The position numbers were made by a program, and so were the translations under genes. Below the pieces are notes generated by a model that ran no database searches, was not told the DNA's origin, and worked only from the letters and a program-made list of their open reading frames with translations. 64,000 bases of DNA from Monocercomonoides exilis PA203 (Eukaryota; Protista; Preaxostyla), in the NCBI GenBank assembly GCA_001643675.2, contig LSRY02000001.1, positions 2,542,001 through 2,606,000 on the forward strand, in the 5' to 3' direction. Shown here one piece after another: positions 37,901 through 48,532 of this stretch. Each line of letters begins with the position of its first letter. Positions within the stretch are counted from its first letter, which is position 1.

Positions 37901-40467
37901 AGGGCATTTTGAGCTGTGATAATTTTGACATCAAATCCTTGACCGCTTGTTTCTGCAAGCAAATCATAAGCTCCTAGAATTGTTCCATATGGTTTTTCTT
38001 TTGTTCCATCTCCTGATGAAGCTCCTGCTCCACTTTGAACATATGCTGTTGTTACAGGAGGTTTTGGTGGTTCATCTGGATCAAAATACATAACTGTAAA
38101 ATCGATATCGCCAATATCTGCACCTCCAAATGCTGCAACAACCCAGTTATCATTTTGTTGCATGTATCCGCTTGCAAACTTACCGTGCATATCAGCTGCG
38201 ATAGCTTCAAATACTGAAGTCTTAACTTCAAGATATAAGCCCGTTTGTTTCTGTGTATTGCCTGTCCCTGCTGTGCATCCAGTGAATATTATTTTTCCGC
38301 TTGAAGGCCAAGTAAATTTCGTGGCATCTTCAACTCCATCCATTTTCAAATAAATGCCTCCAGACTTCCCATAGGCGCAGGTGCATGAAGCAAATGTTGT
38401 AGTGGATGTATCGAGGATTGCAAATGTACTTTCTGAATTGTCGCTTTCAACATACAACGTTCCACTTTTTGCCGTATCTGCTGATGCTTCTTCTGATTTA
38501 CACAGAGAAAATTCGCAGCCGTCCAACGTCACTGCAATGCTCTTCCCATTTCCTCCAACAATTTTCATCACAGGACCTGTTTTTGATGTAATCTCTGACA
38601 ATTGCAAATCTTTCAAAGAAACCTTTGTCACTCCAGTAATCAAAAACGGTGATGCTGAAAACAAAATTGGATTCTCGGTGGCTGTGCATGTAATTGTCTC
38701 CATATTCAATGTGCCTGCTTCCACTTTCACAAGAGTGGTTCCCAGTGCTTGTGGTTCGTCTCCTTCAGTATTTCTTCCAGATTTCAGTGGGGTCGGTCGC
38801 ACAAAATCGCAGCTAATTAATCTCAGCGAAGTTGAAGCAGTTGTTGCATGAATCAATGAATTAGTTCCCGTAAGTGTTCCAAACTTAAAAGAGATCTCCC
38901 TGAATTCCACTGTGTGTGTGCAAGTGAAAAGATCAACACCATCTATCATAGAGCAAACAATTGTTGCCTTTGCTTCGATTTCTGTTTGGTCTTCACCTTC
39001 ATTTCCCTGTTTATCGACTCCCACAACGGTGATTCCCTTTTCTTTGTCAAATGCTACAGCTTCACTTGCGAAAAGTTCTCCAGTTGCAATAACTTTAATG
39101 TGATATCCCCCTTCCACTGGATCGCCTGTAAGTAAAGTGATTGCCTTTTCTAGAGTATTCACTGGTATTTCAAATGTTTCCCCATTTGCATCTGAGGTGC
39201 CACTTTGTCCCACATAAATAGTAGTAGGCTCCATTGTTGGTGGTTGTTCTGGATCAAAATACTCCGCTGTGAAATCAACATCACCAGCACTTCCATCAGA
39301 TTTTTTGGCTGCAACAATCCAGTCATGGGTTCCTCTTATATAGCTTGAAGCAAAACCACACTTCATTGCGACTGCTATTTCTTCATGAAGATTTACCGGC
39401 ACATCAAGATACAATCCTGTACTCTTTGACCCAGTTGCCGTGCACCCATCAAATTCCAATTTTACTTCAGTTCCCCAGCTCAAATGATTCGCTTCTGTAA
39501 TTCCTGTCATTTTCAGATATATCCCACCAGACTTCCCATTGGTACAAGTGCATGTAGTAAATGTTGTTGGATTCGTATTTCCAATCTCAAATGTGCTTTC
39601 TGTTCCGCTGCTTTCAACATACAATGCTCCACATGCATCAGTATCCATTTCTTTGCTCGATGTGCATTCTGTAAATGTGCAGACATCCACAATCACTGAA
39701 ATTGCCTCATCGCATTTTCCAATAATTTTCACCACAGCACTTGAGCTTGATGTAATCTTCTTCAGATTCAAGGAGGCCAATGAAACTTCATTCGCTCCAT
39801 CAACCAAAAACGGTGTTACTGAACATTTAACTTCGCTCACCGAAATGGACTCAACTCCTGTCATCGTCAATGAACCTGCACTCACTTTCACAAGATGAAT
39901 TCCAACTGAGCTTCCTCCTGCCTCAGGTCGAATAAATTCGCAAATGGCAATTGTTAGAGAACGTGATTCTGCATCAGCATGAATAAGAGCAAATGTTCCT
40001 GCATTGGCTTTTAATGCATATGAATCTTGTTCCAGTGTTGTTGGGAAGTCGAATGTCAAATAACTGAATATTACAGTTTGTTTGCATGTAAACAGATCTG
40101 TTCCAGGAGTAACGCCGCAGTCGATCTCCACTTTGGTCTTAGTTTCAGCTCCTGTACCCTCTGCCATTTCCACACCAGCTATCGTAATTCCTGAGTCTAT
40201 CGAGAATGCAATAGCTTCCGCTGAAAGCACTTCTTGTCCAGTTCCTTCTTTTATTATTTTGATTGTCAAAGATGAATCGCTTGTTGATCCTGCTAATGAA
40301 TCATAAGCTTTTGTAATTGTTTCAAATGGATTTTCTTTTGTTCCTTTTTCTGTTGAAGCTTCTGCTCCACTTTGAACGTAAACAGTAGTAGCAATTATTC
40401 GTGCTTCTTTTGTTTGAAACAATACGCAAAAAATAACTAAAACAATATACACTCTCGATTTTTGCAT
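34915..40467 (-). CDS. 1850-aa type-I membrane surface protein with four tandem pectin-lyase-like (parallel beta-helix) modules and a charged cytoplasmic tail
   Basis: Single long ORF with an N-terminal signal peptide (VYIVLVIFCVLF). Four ~385-aa modules each start with a YV...G....P..T/I...A-like motif and contain GALYV/GGIYL motifs; the first three end in D[VI]DFT..YFDP. The TM segment WIIIVILACMIVVIVVVFSVLLFV is followed by an E/K-rich tail. Confidence 0.88.
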   Translation of the reverse strand: MQKSRVYIVLVIFCVLFQTKEARIIATTVYVQSGAEASTEKGTKENPFETITKAYDSLAGSTSDSSLTIKIIKEGTGQEVLSAEAIAFSIDSGITIAGVEMAEGTGAETKTKVEIDCGVTPGTDLFTCKQTVIFSYLTFDFPTTLEQDSYALKANAGTFALIHADAESRSLTIAICEFIRPEAGGSSVGIHLVKVSAGSLTMTGVESISVSEVKCSVTPFLVDGANEVSLASLNLKKITSSSSAVVKIIGKCDEAISVIVDVCTFTECTSSKEMDTDACGALYVESSGTESTFEIGNTNPTTFTTCTCTNGKSGGIYLKMTGITEANHLSWGTEVKLEFDGCTATGSKSTGLYLDVPVNLHEEIAVAMKCGFASSYIRGTHDWIVAAKKSDGSAGDVDFTAEYFDPEQPPTMEPTTIYVGQSGTSDANGETFEIPVNTLEKAITLLTGDPVEGGYHIKVIATGELFASEAVAFDKEKGITVVGVDKQGNEGEDQTEIEAKATIVCSMIDGVDLFTCTHTVEFREISFKFGTLTGTNSLIHATTASTSLRLISCDFVRPTPLKSGRNTEGDEPQALGTTLVKVEAGTLNMETITCTATENPILFSASPFLITGVTKVSLKDLQLSEITSKTGPVMKIVGGNGKSIAVTLDGCEFSLCKSEEASADTAKSGTLYVESDNSESTFAILDTSTTTFASCTCAYGKSGGIYLKMDGVEDATKFTWPSSGKIIFTGCTAGTGNTQKQTGLYLEVKTSVFEAIAADMHGKFASGYMQQNDNWVVAAFGGADIGDIDFTVMYFDPDEPPKPPVTTAYVQSGAGASSGDGTKEKPYGTILGAYDLLAETSGQGFDVKIITAQNALKAESIIFDKTSGITIKGIDNEEMSAKVEIDCGVTPGTDLFTCKQTVIFSYLTFDFPTTLEQDSYALKANAGTFALIHADAESRSLTIAICEFIRPEAGGSSVGIHLVKVSAGSLTMTGVESISVSEVKCSVTPFLVDGANEVSLASLNLKKITSSSSAVVKIIGKCDEAISVIVDVCTFTECTSSKEMDTDACGALYVESSGTESTFEIGNTNPTTFTTCTCTNGKSGGIYLKMTGITEANHLSWGTEVKLEFDGCTATGSKSTGLYLDVPVNLHEEIAVAMKCGFASSYIRGTHDWIVAAKKSDGSAGDVDFTAEYFDPYLPPTPPTPISVVYLKCDANSTGLSFNEPIGRFSSAYYLFSFSSSLKMYSMSIIADYDMIKAEAMIFDRSDQLTIEGIENAEGMNQYANIDCDVGPESNLFTCKKSVTFKYLSFVFPLSLSSKGKSQFVKVTDSFALIISEGVDAKLAIINCRFIRPHESESEKENVVDFHLVKVNGGALNMSNVECVDESNKATFQSPLFEIEGASDIVIESVKISNVKVKDGAAISIADGREEASSVVIDGLNMECIESKNSETAGLSIILSSEESSVSIGRESKCTFKSCSAQEGKAGAMYIEMEKAISNLELPAEGNLEIDETNTGKDSSGASLCIVSPDFEEFSQQEDAFEFAKDYSDESAAGWIVGAADVDAKPIDVYEKYLKEEKDEGKKEEEGKEDGKEKQGFEGSNESKPFASWIIIVILACMIVVIVVVFSVLLFVEKKKNSKKMWVNENDEEEEEEGEEEDDDDEKKTKRRMQREKERKGKDRTTNNPVKEANSNRNGNELAKRNLSSTRNNINKSEEQMQKAERKEGISGEFIEETIKQVLSPSLSCSSSLMNKEGSQANQMNVNLKEFVTETNTFSPQSNKQNEETRMTDEEIYENSSEEKEIKKRKKGKKAKGKKEKKSEDLIANIELVNEEAMEEEQEESEDVKQEQKKRKKKKKKKTKKLERNEEEEI
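36940..37824 (-). repeat. 885-bp intragenic direct repeat, copy in module 3
   Basis: Matches 39250-40134 (offset 2310), with one difference seen (37804 a versus 40114 g, synonymous Gly). Confidence 0.93.
39250..40134 (-). repeat. 885-bp intragenic direct repeat, copy in module 1
   Basis: Matches 36940-37824. The shadow ORFs 37174-37389 and 39484-39699 are identical, as are 37229-37588 and 39539-39898. Confidence 0.93.
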
Positions 40468-41652
40468 GAAATTTCAACCTCTTCAATTATTTAGTGACAA
40501 TATTATGGTGATGGATCAAATTTCATTATTTAACATGTGAATATTTTAACATATTTCTACTTCACAAGCATTATGTTTGCAATTAACATCATATTTTTTG
40601 TTGTTATAGCCATAATAAATAATTTGTGATAATGATTAAATATTAATTTATTTTGTAAAATACAATGTTTTCAAGGCTGGAATTTATTGCAAATTTCTAT
40701 TTGCCCTGCGTTTTTTGTATTTTATAAAACAACATTGCGTTTTCAAAGGTTGCCACTTTAATCATTTTGTGAATGTAACATGATTCGTTTTCTATTCAAA
40801 TTCAAACAAATGATTCCTGAAAAATATGTTTGAAAATCAACATTTCACCCATCTTCCATCAGTTGTTATCAATTTTTCTCGGCCTCTGAAAAGTCATATT
40901 TATTTGATTTAGTCATTTTGCTTAAAGAGGTGATTTTGCATCCACTAGAAGCCATTTTTTCAAATAAAATAATTTGCTTTATTCAAAAGAATTTAGCAGT
41001 TCAGCTGGGCTATTGAAGCCAATTTGTAATTTTGAACTTTTTATCCTCAGTGTAAGCATTGGAAATTCTTATATGCGTCTGTGAAGTCTGAATCGATTTA
41101 TATTCAAGTCTCTGAGCAAAGATGAAAGCCATTGGATTTTCTGTGCTGTAGTTCGGAGGGAAAGGACAAACGCATCAAACAATTCAATGAATCAGATAAA
41201 TAGATAAGCTATATTATCAATCAGAGAGCAAAATGCAGTTCAGTTCTTAAGATGCCAAATAAAGATGAACATTTCAACAGGAAAATAAAATATGACTGTT
41301 TTTGATGTTTGTGCCAGCTTGCAGATTCAGCAGATGGACAACAGAGAAGCTTTGCTGCAAAGCTGCCATTTTCACTTTAAATAGCTCTATCAAATACATG
41401 CTTTATTTGACTTTTGACCTTTCTTTCTTTCTTATTTTCTTTTCTCTCTTTCTCTTTCTCTTTCTCTTTTCTTTCGTTTTTTCTTTTCTTTTCATCATTT
41501 TCATTAAATTGCTTTATTCCATTTCGAAGAAGGAAAATATGAAAAAACAACTCTGAAAAGATCTCCAAATAATTACTTGTTTTCGATTTTGTGAAACGAT
41601 TTTTAAAAAAAAGATTGAAAATTTTTGAGCGACAAAATGATATTTCATTTCT

Positions 41653-43148
41653 TCAAATATTCACAAAATATTCAGAAATATTCAAAGGTAAACAATTTCT
41701 ATATCCTTCGTTAATTAAAGAAAATTCTCCATAAAGGCTTGCAAGGGTATCTTCGTATCCTTTTTCTTCCATCTTTTCAAATATCTTTCTTTTCAACTCC
41801 ATTCTTTTCGCTTCATTGGCTTTGTTATCTGTCTTTTCTTTCAGTCTTTCTGAAATTTCCAAAAAGAAATACAAGCAATTCCTCATCGCATTATTATAAG
41901 TTGTTGGCTGCTGAATCTCCTCCAAAATAACATCCACAGATTCTCCTTTCAGTAAGTCACCAATTTTCACGATTTTTTCTTCCGCTGCTCTTCGAATCAT
42001 ATATAGGCATTTAACGTGAATTTCTCCATAATTGCACCTTGATGCTCGAAGTATCTGAACAGTTCGTCTGATAAGTCCAGCAAAGTCTTCATTCCATGAT
42101 CTGCATGAGTGAAAGAAACCATTAATTGTATCAAGCCATTTCATCAAAATAATCATTTCTTTCTTTTCTTTGACTTTTTTATCATCTTTTCTCTTCCAAT
42201 CCACACACTTTGAAAGCTCCTCCATTTCTCTTTTTGCCTCCTTCACAAAATGCAGCTCAATCACAATCACTTCTTCCAAACTTTCATCTCTTGCTTGATG
42301 CTGCTTATTGAGAACAATTTTTTTATAGAATTTATCATCATAAAATTTGTTTATCAAAAAGTCCCAAGCAGATTGATAGGCAAGATGTGTCATATTGTGA
42401 TGTTCCTGGTGATGTTGGATAATCTCTTTGATCTCGCTCAAATACAGTTCTTGTTCAATTTTCTATAAAAATCGAAAAATATTCAAAAATATCAAAAAGA
42501 AAAAAGAAGTGTTCAAACTATAAATCTTGTGTTCCACAAAGCCAATAAAGCCATTTCCACTTCTTTTTGAACTTCTTCTCTTTCCTCTTTATTCAAAGCG
42601 ACTTTCAGAAGACAAGGCACACAAATTGAAAGTGATTCCGAAAAAATTCCTTCGTTTAGCAAAAGATAGCTTTCACAAAGATCAATCATGAGCTTTTCGT
42701 TCTTTTCATCCTTTTTTTTCTCATTTTCATCAATAATCATCTCTTTAAATTTTTGACTCAATGAAGATGTATCAATGTTATAAATCGAAATGCCTTTCAA
42801 TGATTTGAAATGTCCAATATGCTTCAGCAACAGAATTGCATTTTCCACTGAAAGAATCTTTTTTTCAATCATTGTGGATATTTCATTGAACAGTTTTTCT
42901 GAAAAAACGGATACATATTCAACTAACACCATTCTATCAATTATTTCATTCATTTCTACAATTTTCTGTTTCTGTCCATCTTCATCGCAAGCTTCAAGCT
43001 CTGAAAATAATTCTTCAATAAAAAATTAAATAAAGAACCACAATCACCAGAAATTCAAATGCAACAACGGATGCACACTGTTGTATCTTTCGGTGATGCT
43101 CATGGCCTGCATTTTTGAAAATGCATTGCATTCAGAATACAACACCAT
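41653..43148 (-). CDS. Hypothetical gene family, copy F (apparently intact; exons 43148-43079, 43012-42519, 42462-41653)
   Basis: MVLYSECNAFSKMQAMSITERYNKLFSELEACDEDGQKQKI...HNMTHLAYQSAW...KMEEKGYED...SEYFVNI*. Introns 43013-43078 and 42463-42518 keep the frame. Confidence 0.87.
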
Positions 43149-44699
43149 TTTGATTATTCACATTGAATTCGCATATGTTTGGAAAAACAACATCGATGAT
43201 ATTTATTCTCAAAAATAGTCATTAAAAATGTCGTGCTCACACCATTCTTTATCGTCTTGGCACTTTTGGAAAGTGATTGTTAAGAAAAATAATCTTCAAA
43301 TTAATTAAGTTTGTTGTTATGGTACAAATGATCAAATTGTTATCTTTGAACTGGAATGTCATCGGCAAAATGAGTGTCGATGAATGAATTAATCTTGCAG
43401 AATTACAAACATAATTTCCTGATATGAAAGCTGGCAATGATGGAATTGCAACCTTTTTGAAATTCAACGTGATGATTTTTGAAAATTGGATGGCTATGGG
43501 GAATACAACGATTTTATAAATAACACAAAAAGATATAATGTATGTAATTTTCATTGCACTATATGTTGTGAAGATATTTTCATCTGTATCCTCTCCAAAG
43601 TGCAGGAATATGAGTTATTGTTGAAATGGCCAATCTCCGCTTTGTAGAGCAATACGATGAGAACGGAGCAGATCATTATATAGCAATTAGGATATAAAGG
43701 AAGTTACGTAAAATATATGATATTTGGTTCAAGATGTGAAAACAAATTCAACTGTTATTTTATTGAATGAAGACAGAAGGATGGAATTCTGTGAAGGACA
43801 AAATCTGCACAATGTTATATAGAATTTAGGAGCATAAGACAAAGGAGAAGCTTTTTGTACAAGGAAAGCAACTGGAAATATCAAGGGAAAGATATTTATC
43901 ACGAAAAAAGGCAAGGAAACAATGATTAGCAATGGAGCTGGAGAACAGCATTTCTCGATGGACATTTTGGTTATTTAATTGAAATGCGAACTTGTGTTTT
44001 GCAGAGTTTTTAACAGCTAAGCATTGTTGCGCCTTCTCATGAAGTTGAGAAACGTGAAGTGAATATCACCAACTCTGTTTCAGTCTCTGCTTTTGAAAGA
44101 TTTCCAAAACAAATCAAACATGCTTCGCTTGTTTCTTATTTTACACATTTGCGATGTTTTCAGAAAGAACAGACAGAAGCCTTGGAACTTCAGCATCACA
44201 GCTCGCTTTTGATGAATTGAAATGGAAATATTCTTCTTCTTCTTCTTCTTCTTCTTCACCTTCTTCGCCTTCTTCTGTTTTTCATTTTTTCGTTGGTTAA
44301 TTTTTTGAAAAAGAAGATTCATTCTCAAGATTCGTGAAATGTTAATTTCGTTCGAAAAATTATTTGAATGAAATCGAATGAGATAAGAAAAAGGAGATAT
44401 TTATTTGAAAAAATTACTGAAAGAGAAAATTGGTTGAAAAGGATGAAGAAGAGAAATTTGAAGATAGAAATTTGAGAGATGTTTGAAGATGAGCAAATTG
44501 AAACGAAGAAAGAGAGAAAGAAAGAGGAAGACTAAGGAAAAGAAGAAGGCAAAGAAGAAGATGACAATGCCGATGAAAATGAAGGAGGAGAAATGGAAGG
44601 ATGGATCATACCCGATTCACACGCAGTGGACAGCCGAAGTTGATGATTGTCAATTCTTTGCAATTCAGAAGATGTTTGTGCTGTGCCAAAGAAGCAGAT

Positions 44700-45760
44700 A
44701 CTGATGATGCATGACAAGACATTGGCTCCTCCTCCATCCGTCTGCCACACCACCGTCTCATTTGACTTCATCACTTGCCGACAGTCGCACAACAGCTCCA
44801 CCACGTAGACAAACGCCTTCTTCACCGCTTAGCTCTTCTTCTGTTCTGCTTTCTTCTCCTTCAGCTGCGTGTGCACAAAATTCCCAAATCCTTTCCTCAA
44901 CACCTCAGTCCCCTTCCAACTCCAGACTGCTTCTCTCCCAGTTCTGTACTGATCGAATCTCTTTTTTTCACCCAGGATCGTCAACATCTTCCACATTCAC
45001 ACAATAGATTTTTCCCTGTCTTCAACAGCATCATCAGCAGCTTCAATCTGAACAGACAACTGCCATGAATAAGAACGGCATCCGAAGAACAAACTCCATT
45101 AACCTCTCTCCTGACCGCAATCCTTGGCAACTCAGAGATCATTCTTATTTACTGCTCCATCACAACAAACACTCTCTCCATGGACTCTATTTGCTTATCC
45201 CACAACACTCACTTCGTTCCTCACTTTCACAAAAACCCTTTTCGCATTCATGTCTGTCAAAAGAATTGCAGTGCTGTTATATTCGAAGCTCGCTGCGAAT
45301 TTTCTCGGTTATCTTCAAACAGCTCCGATGGCAGAATCAACGAAACCGAAGATGGAACCTACCAGCCACCTCACAGAGTTCAACTGAAATCCGTCGCAAA
45401 TAGCACCCCCTACACACTCTTCGAAACATTGCTGCCCCCACTCTCCCCTCCGCACTTCTTTATCTTGATTTTTTTATCTCCTTCTCAGTCAAAAAATCAA
45501 TAAGCTCCGTCTTCTTCTTCATCGCCACGATCTGCTCCTGCAGCTCCTTTGTCTCTGCATTGTTCTTCTCGCTCATCTCCAGAATCTTTCTCTTTCACAT
45601 CCGGATGATCGATTCCTTCTCCTTCAACCGCTCCTCCAGCTCGTTTTGTCTGTTTCAAAATCCGCTCGTCTTCCATGATCTCTTGCAGCTTCAAGTGAGA
45701 CTCCAAACACTTCTTCTCCATCTCCTGATTCACCTTTTCATGCTTTTCATTTTTTTCATC
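44700..45760 (-). pseudogene. Decayed coding sequence (coiled-coil followed by possible beta-propeller-like fragments)
   Basis: ORF piece 45497-45733 plus interrupted frames containing ITALQFF, VLWDKQIESMERVF and TGKIYCVNVE. The product call is weak. Confidence 0.35.
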
Positions 45761-47065
45761 ACCATCATCATCATCTTCTTCTTCTTCTTCTTTTGCTTCC
45801 TCTTTCTCTTTTCGCTGTTCCTCTTCTGCTCTCCAAGCAAATGGAATATGTTCAAGTTAGATAGAAGAATCAACCCTCAAAATCCAGAAGTTTCAAACCC
45901 ATGCACTTTTAACATCCACGTTTCTAAAAATACACACATCCCCCACTTCCTAGTGTATCTGTTGCATTACAAATGGAGAAGAGCGCTGCGAGTGAGGTTG
46001 CTTATGGATTTCTTTCAAACTTTTGTTCATTCATCATTAACTTTCAAAAATAATTCATTAATCTAACTTTAAAATGTATTGAAATCGCTACTATTATTAT
46101 TTGAATTGCTTTTAAAAAATGCTTTGAAACGTTTGCCTTTGGAATTCGTAACTCATTGAATGTCGAGCCGAAATGATTTTTTTGAAAAAAAACATTTTTA
46201 GCTAATTTTTCCATTTTTGAAATACATGAAGAAAAGAATCATATTATTCGCATTTTACCAGTAAAATCTTATTAATTGTGATGAAATGAGTGATGATTTT
46301 TAAAATTATATTGATTCAATTTACAATTTCTGTTCGAGACTTTGCTTTGATTACTGATGAATGAAAATTAAAAAGAAACAATTGCTATCATAGACAATTT
46401 CTTCATTGATTCACTCAAACACTGACTTGGAAAAAAATAATTATGCCTTTTTCTTTTGAAAGTTAATATTCTTTCCGTTGAAAAAAAAAAACTTTATGAA
46501 TAATTAACACTCTTTTAAAAAAAAAAAAAAGTTCTGCTGTCAATAATTATCACCCAAATAAACATTAATTCCAAAATGCTTGGTGTTTCAATTTTAAAGA
46601 ACACTTTCGAAAAAGCACATAAGAATACAAAAGGCAAAATAGTCAATGACTGATTTCATTTTTTTCATTCCATGAAATGTTCTGAAAATAATAAAACATC
46701 CATTTTCTTTTTTCAACATTTCTTCATGAACGAAAAGACTGATAAAGTCATTGAAGTGACCAATTGAAAATGCGTATAAATGAAATGCAATAAAGAAGTG
46801 TAATGATGCATTCGCATGCTATTTGAAAACGTTCTAAGATCCAAAAATTGAAAAATCTGAATAAAGAAAAGAAACAAAATGATAGATTTTCGTTGTTATC
46901 CGTGAAAAGAAAGATTTCATATTTTGTCACTTGATTCATTCACAATGCGTTGTGTAAGCGATGATGAGATGCTGTCCGGTTTTTGCATTTATTTGTTTTG
47001 TGTTTTTACTTTTTCATCACCCATTTTGTGAAATTTGTTGTATTGGAAATGAAATATGAATAAAA

Positions 47066-47331
47066 AAAGATATATGTGGGTAATTCTTTATGAAAAGTCG
47101 CAAATGTTTAATTCTCAAAAAAATCAAAAATATCAAATTTGGCTCAAATTTTCGTTGGCATATGCCAAACATCACTTTAATGGAATCTATTTAAGGATAA
47201 TGCTATTTCATTTATTCTTAAGAAGATTCGAAAGTGGAAACGAAAATTTGAGCCAAATATAAAGTTTGAGATTAATAAGAAAATTAAACATTCGTGACTT
47301 TTCAAAAAGAATCACCCAATTATATGTCTTT
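47066..47331. mobile_element. MITE-like imperfect palindrome (~265 bp)
   Basis: Perfect 20-bp arms ATTTGGCTCAAATTTTCGTT (47137-47156) and AACGAAAATTTGAGCCAAAT (47239-47258). Outer arms TGGGTAATTCTTTATGAAAAGTCGCAAATGTTTAATT and AATTAAACATTCGTGACTTTTCAAAAAGAATCACCCA. Confidence 0.6.
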
Positions 47332-48208
47332 CTAGTTTTATTTCTTCCGAGTTGCTTTTTTTCTTTGATTTTTTTTTTTGATCAACCCATTTTTTTTTTC
47401 ATTTTATTTATTAGAAATAAATTGTGAAAACAATAAAATCTCATTCACTTTTCAGATAAATCAAAGATTGAATGATTTGTGATTTCTGAAATTTGAAATT
47501 TGAATTCAACGAACAATTAAAACTCCCAATCTCCCCACATTGGATATTTTGTTTTTCGAAAAACAATTGGATTCATTTTATTTTGATAAAAAAAAATAAA
47601 ACAGCTTGATCATCTTTCCATTCAATAATCAAAGTATTATTTATTGATCAAACAAAAAAAATTTTTTTTTTACAGTTGTATGTCGATAAAAGATGAAATT
47701 TTCCCAATTTTTAAATTTGAAACATTCAAGAAAATTTCAAATATAATTTAGCAATAAATGGTATTATTTGTGATAAGAGATTTTCTTTTTGAGTGATGCA
47801 GTGTCCACATTATTTTGATTTTTTCATTAAAAGTGGTGTCAAAATGAACAAATCAATAAAAAAATGTCTCTTATTTCAAATATTGAGACAAAAAAAGTCG
47901 AAATAAAAGAGTGACTAAATTGAATGAGATGCGTTTCCAGCAGAAAAAAAAGTGCTTCGATTAATAATGTGAGATATGTTAATAGAAAGTCAAACAAAAA
48001 TATTTTTGGAAAAGATTATCAGGATTGAATGAATTGTCACATTATTCTAGCCTTCTCATTTACCAATCAACTGAATCATTTTTCTAAGAAAAATTCAGAC
48101 ACATAATTTTGATTTGCATTGCAGAAATAAGAGAATTGAAAAAGAAAACTGAAAAGCAAGAAAAAAAACGAATTTTTTTTTATCATGTTCATTTTGTGCA
48201 ATGAAATA

Positions 48209-48532
48209 CCGGACAAGATCGATTTCTCAATAACAGCAAGAGGAATAATTCTGACAATTTTCCTCAAAACACATTTTATTTTATGCAAACTTACGTGAAA
48301 TACAAGACTTTCATTATTTCCTCGTTTGTGCTCTGAAAAAAATATAATCAAAATCTCGGAGAAACTCAAAATCCTATTTCTCTGAATTTTCAAATAATAA
48401 TTTTTACAATATTCAGTCTTCATAAAAATGGTAGTTTGATATGCCAAATGAGTTTGTATTGATAAGATATATTTTGATAAAAATTGTCGGAATTATTCCT
48501 CTTGCGGTTATTGAGAAATCGATCTTGTCCGG
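48209..48532. mobile_element. MITE-like element (324 bp) with TA flanks and ~60-100-bp TIRs
   Basis: TA|CCGGACAAGATCGATTTCTCAATAACAGCAAGAGGAATAATTCTGACAATTTT ... AAAATTGTCGGAATTATTCCTCTTGCGGTTATTGAGAAATCGATCTTGTCCGG|TA. Confidence 0.75.
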
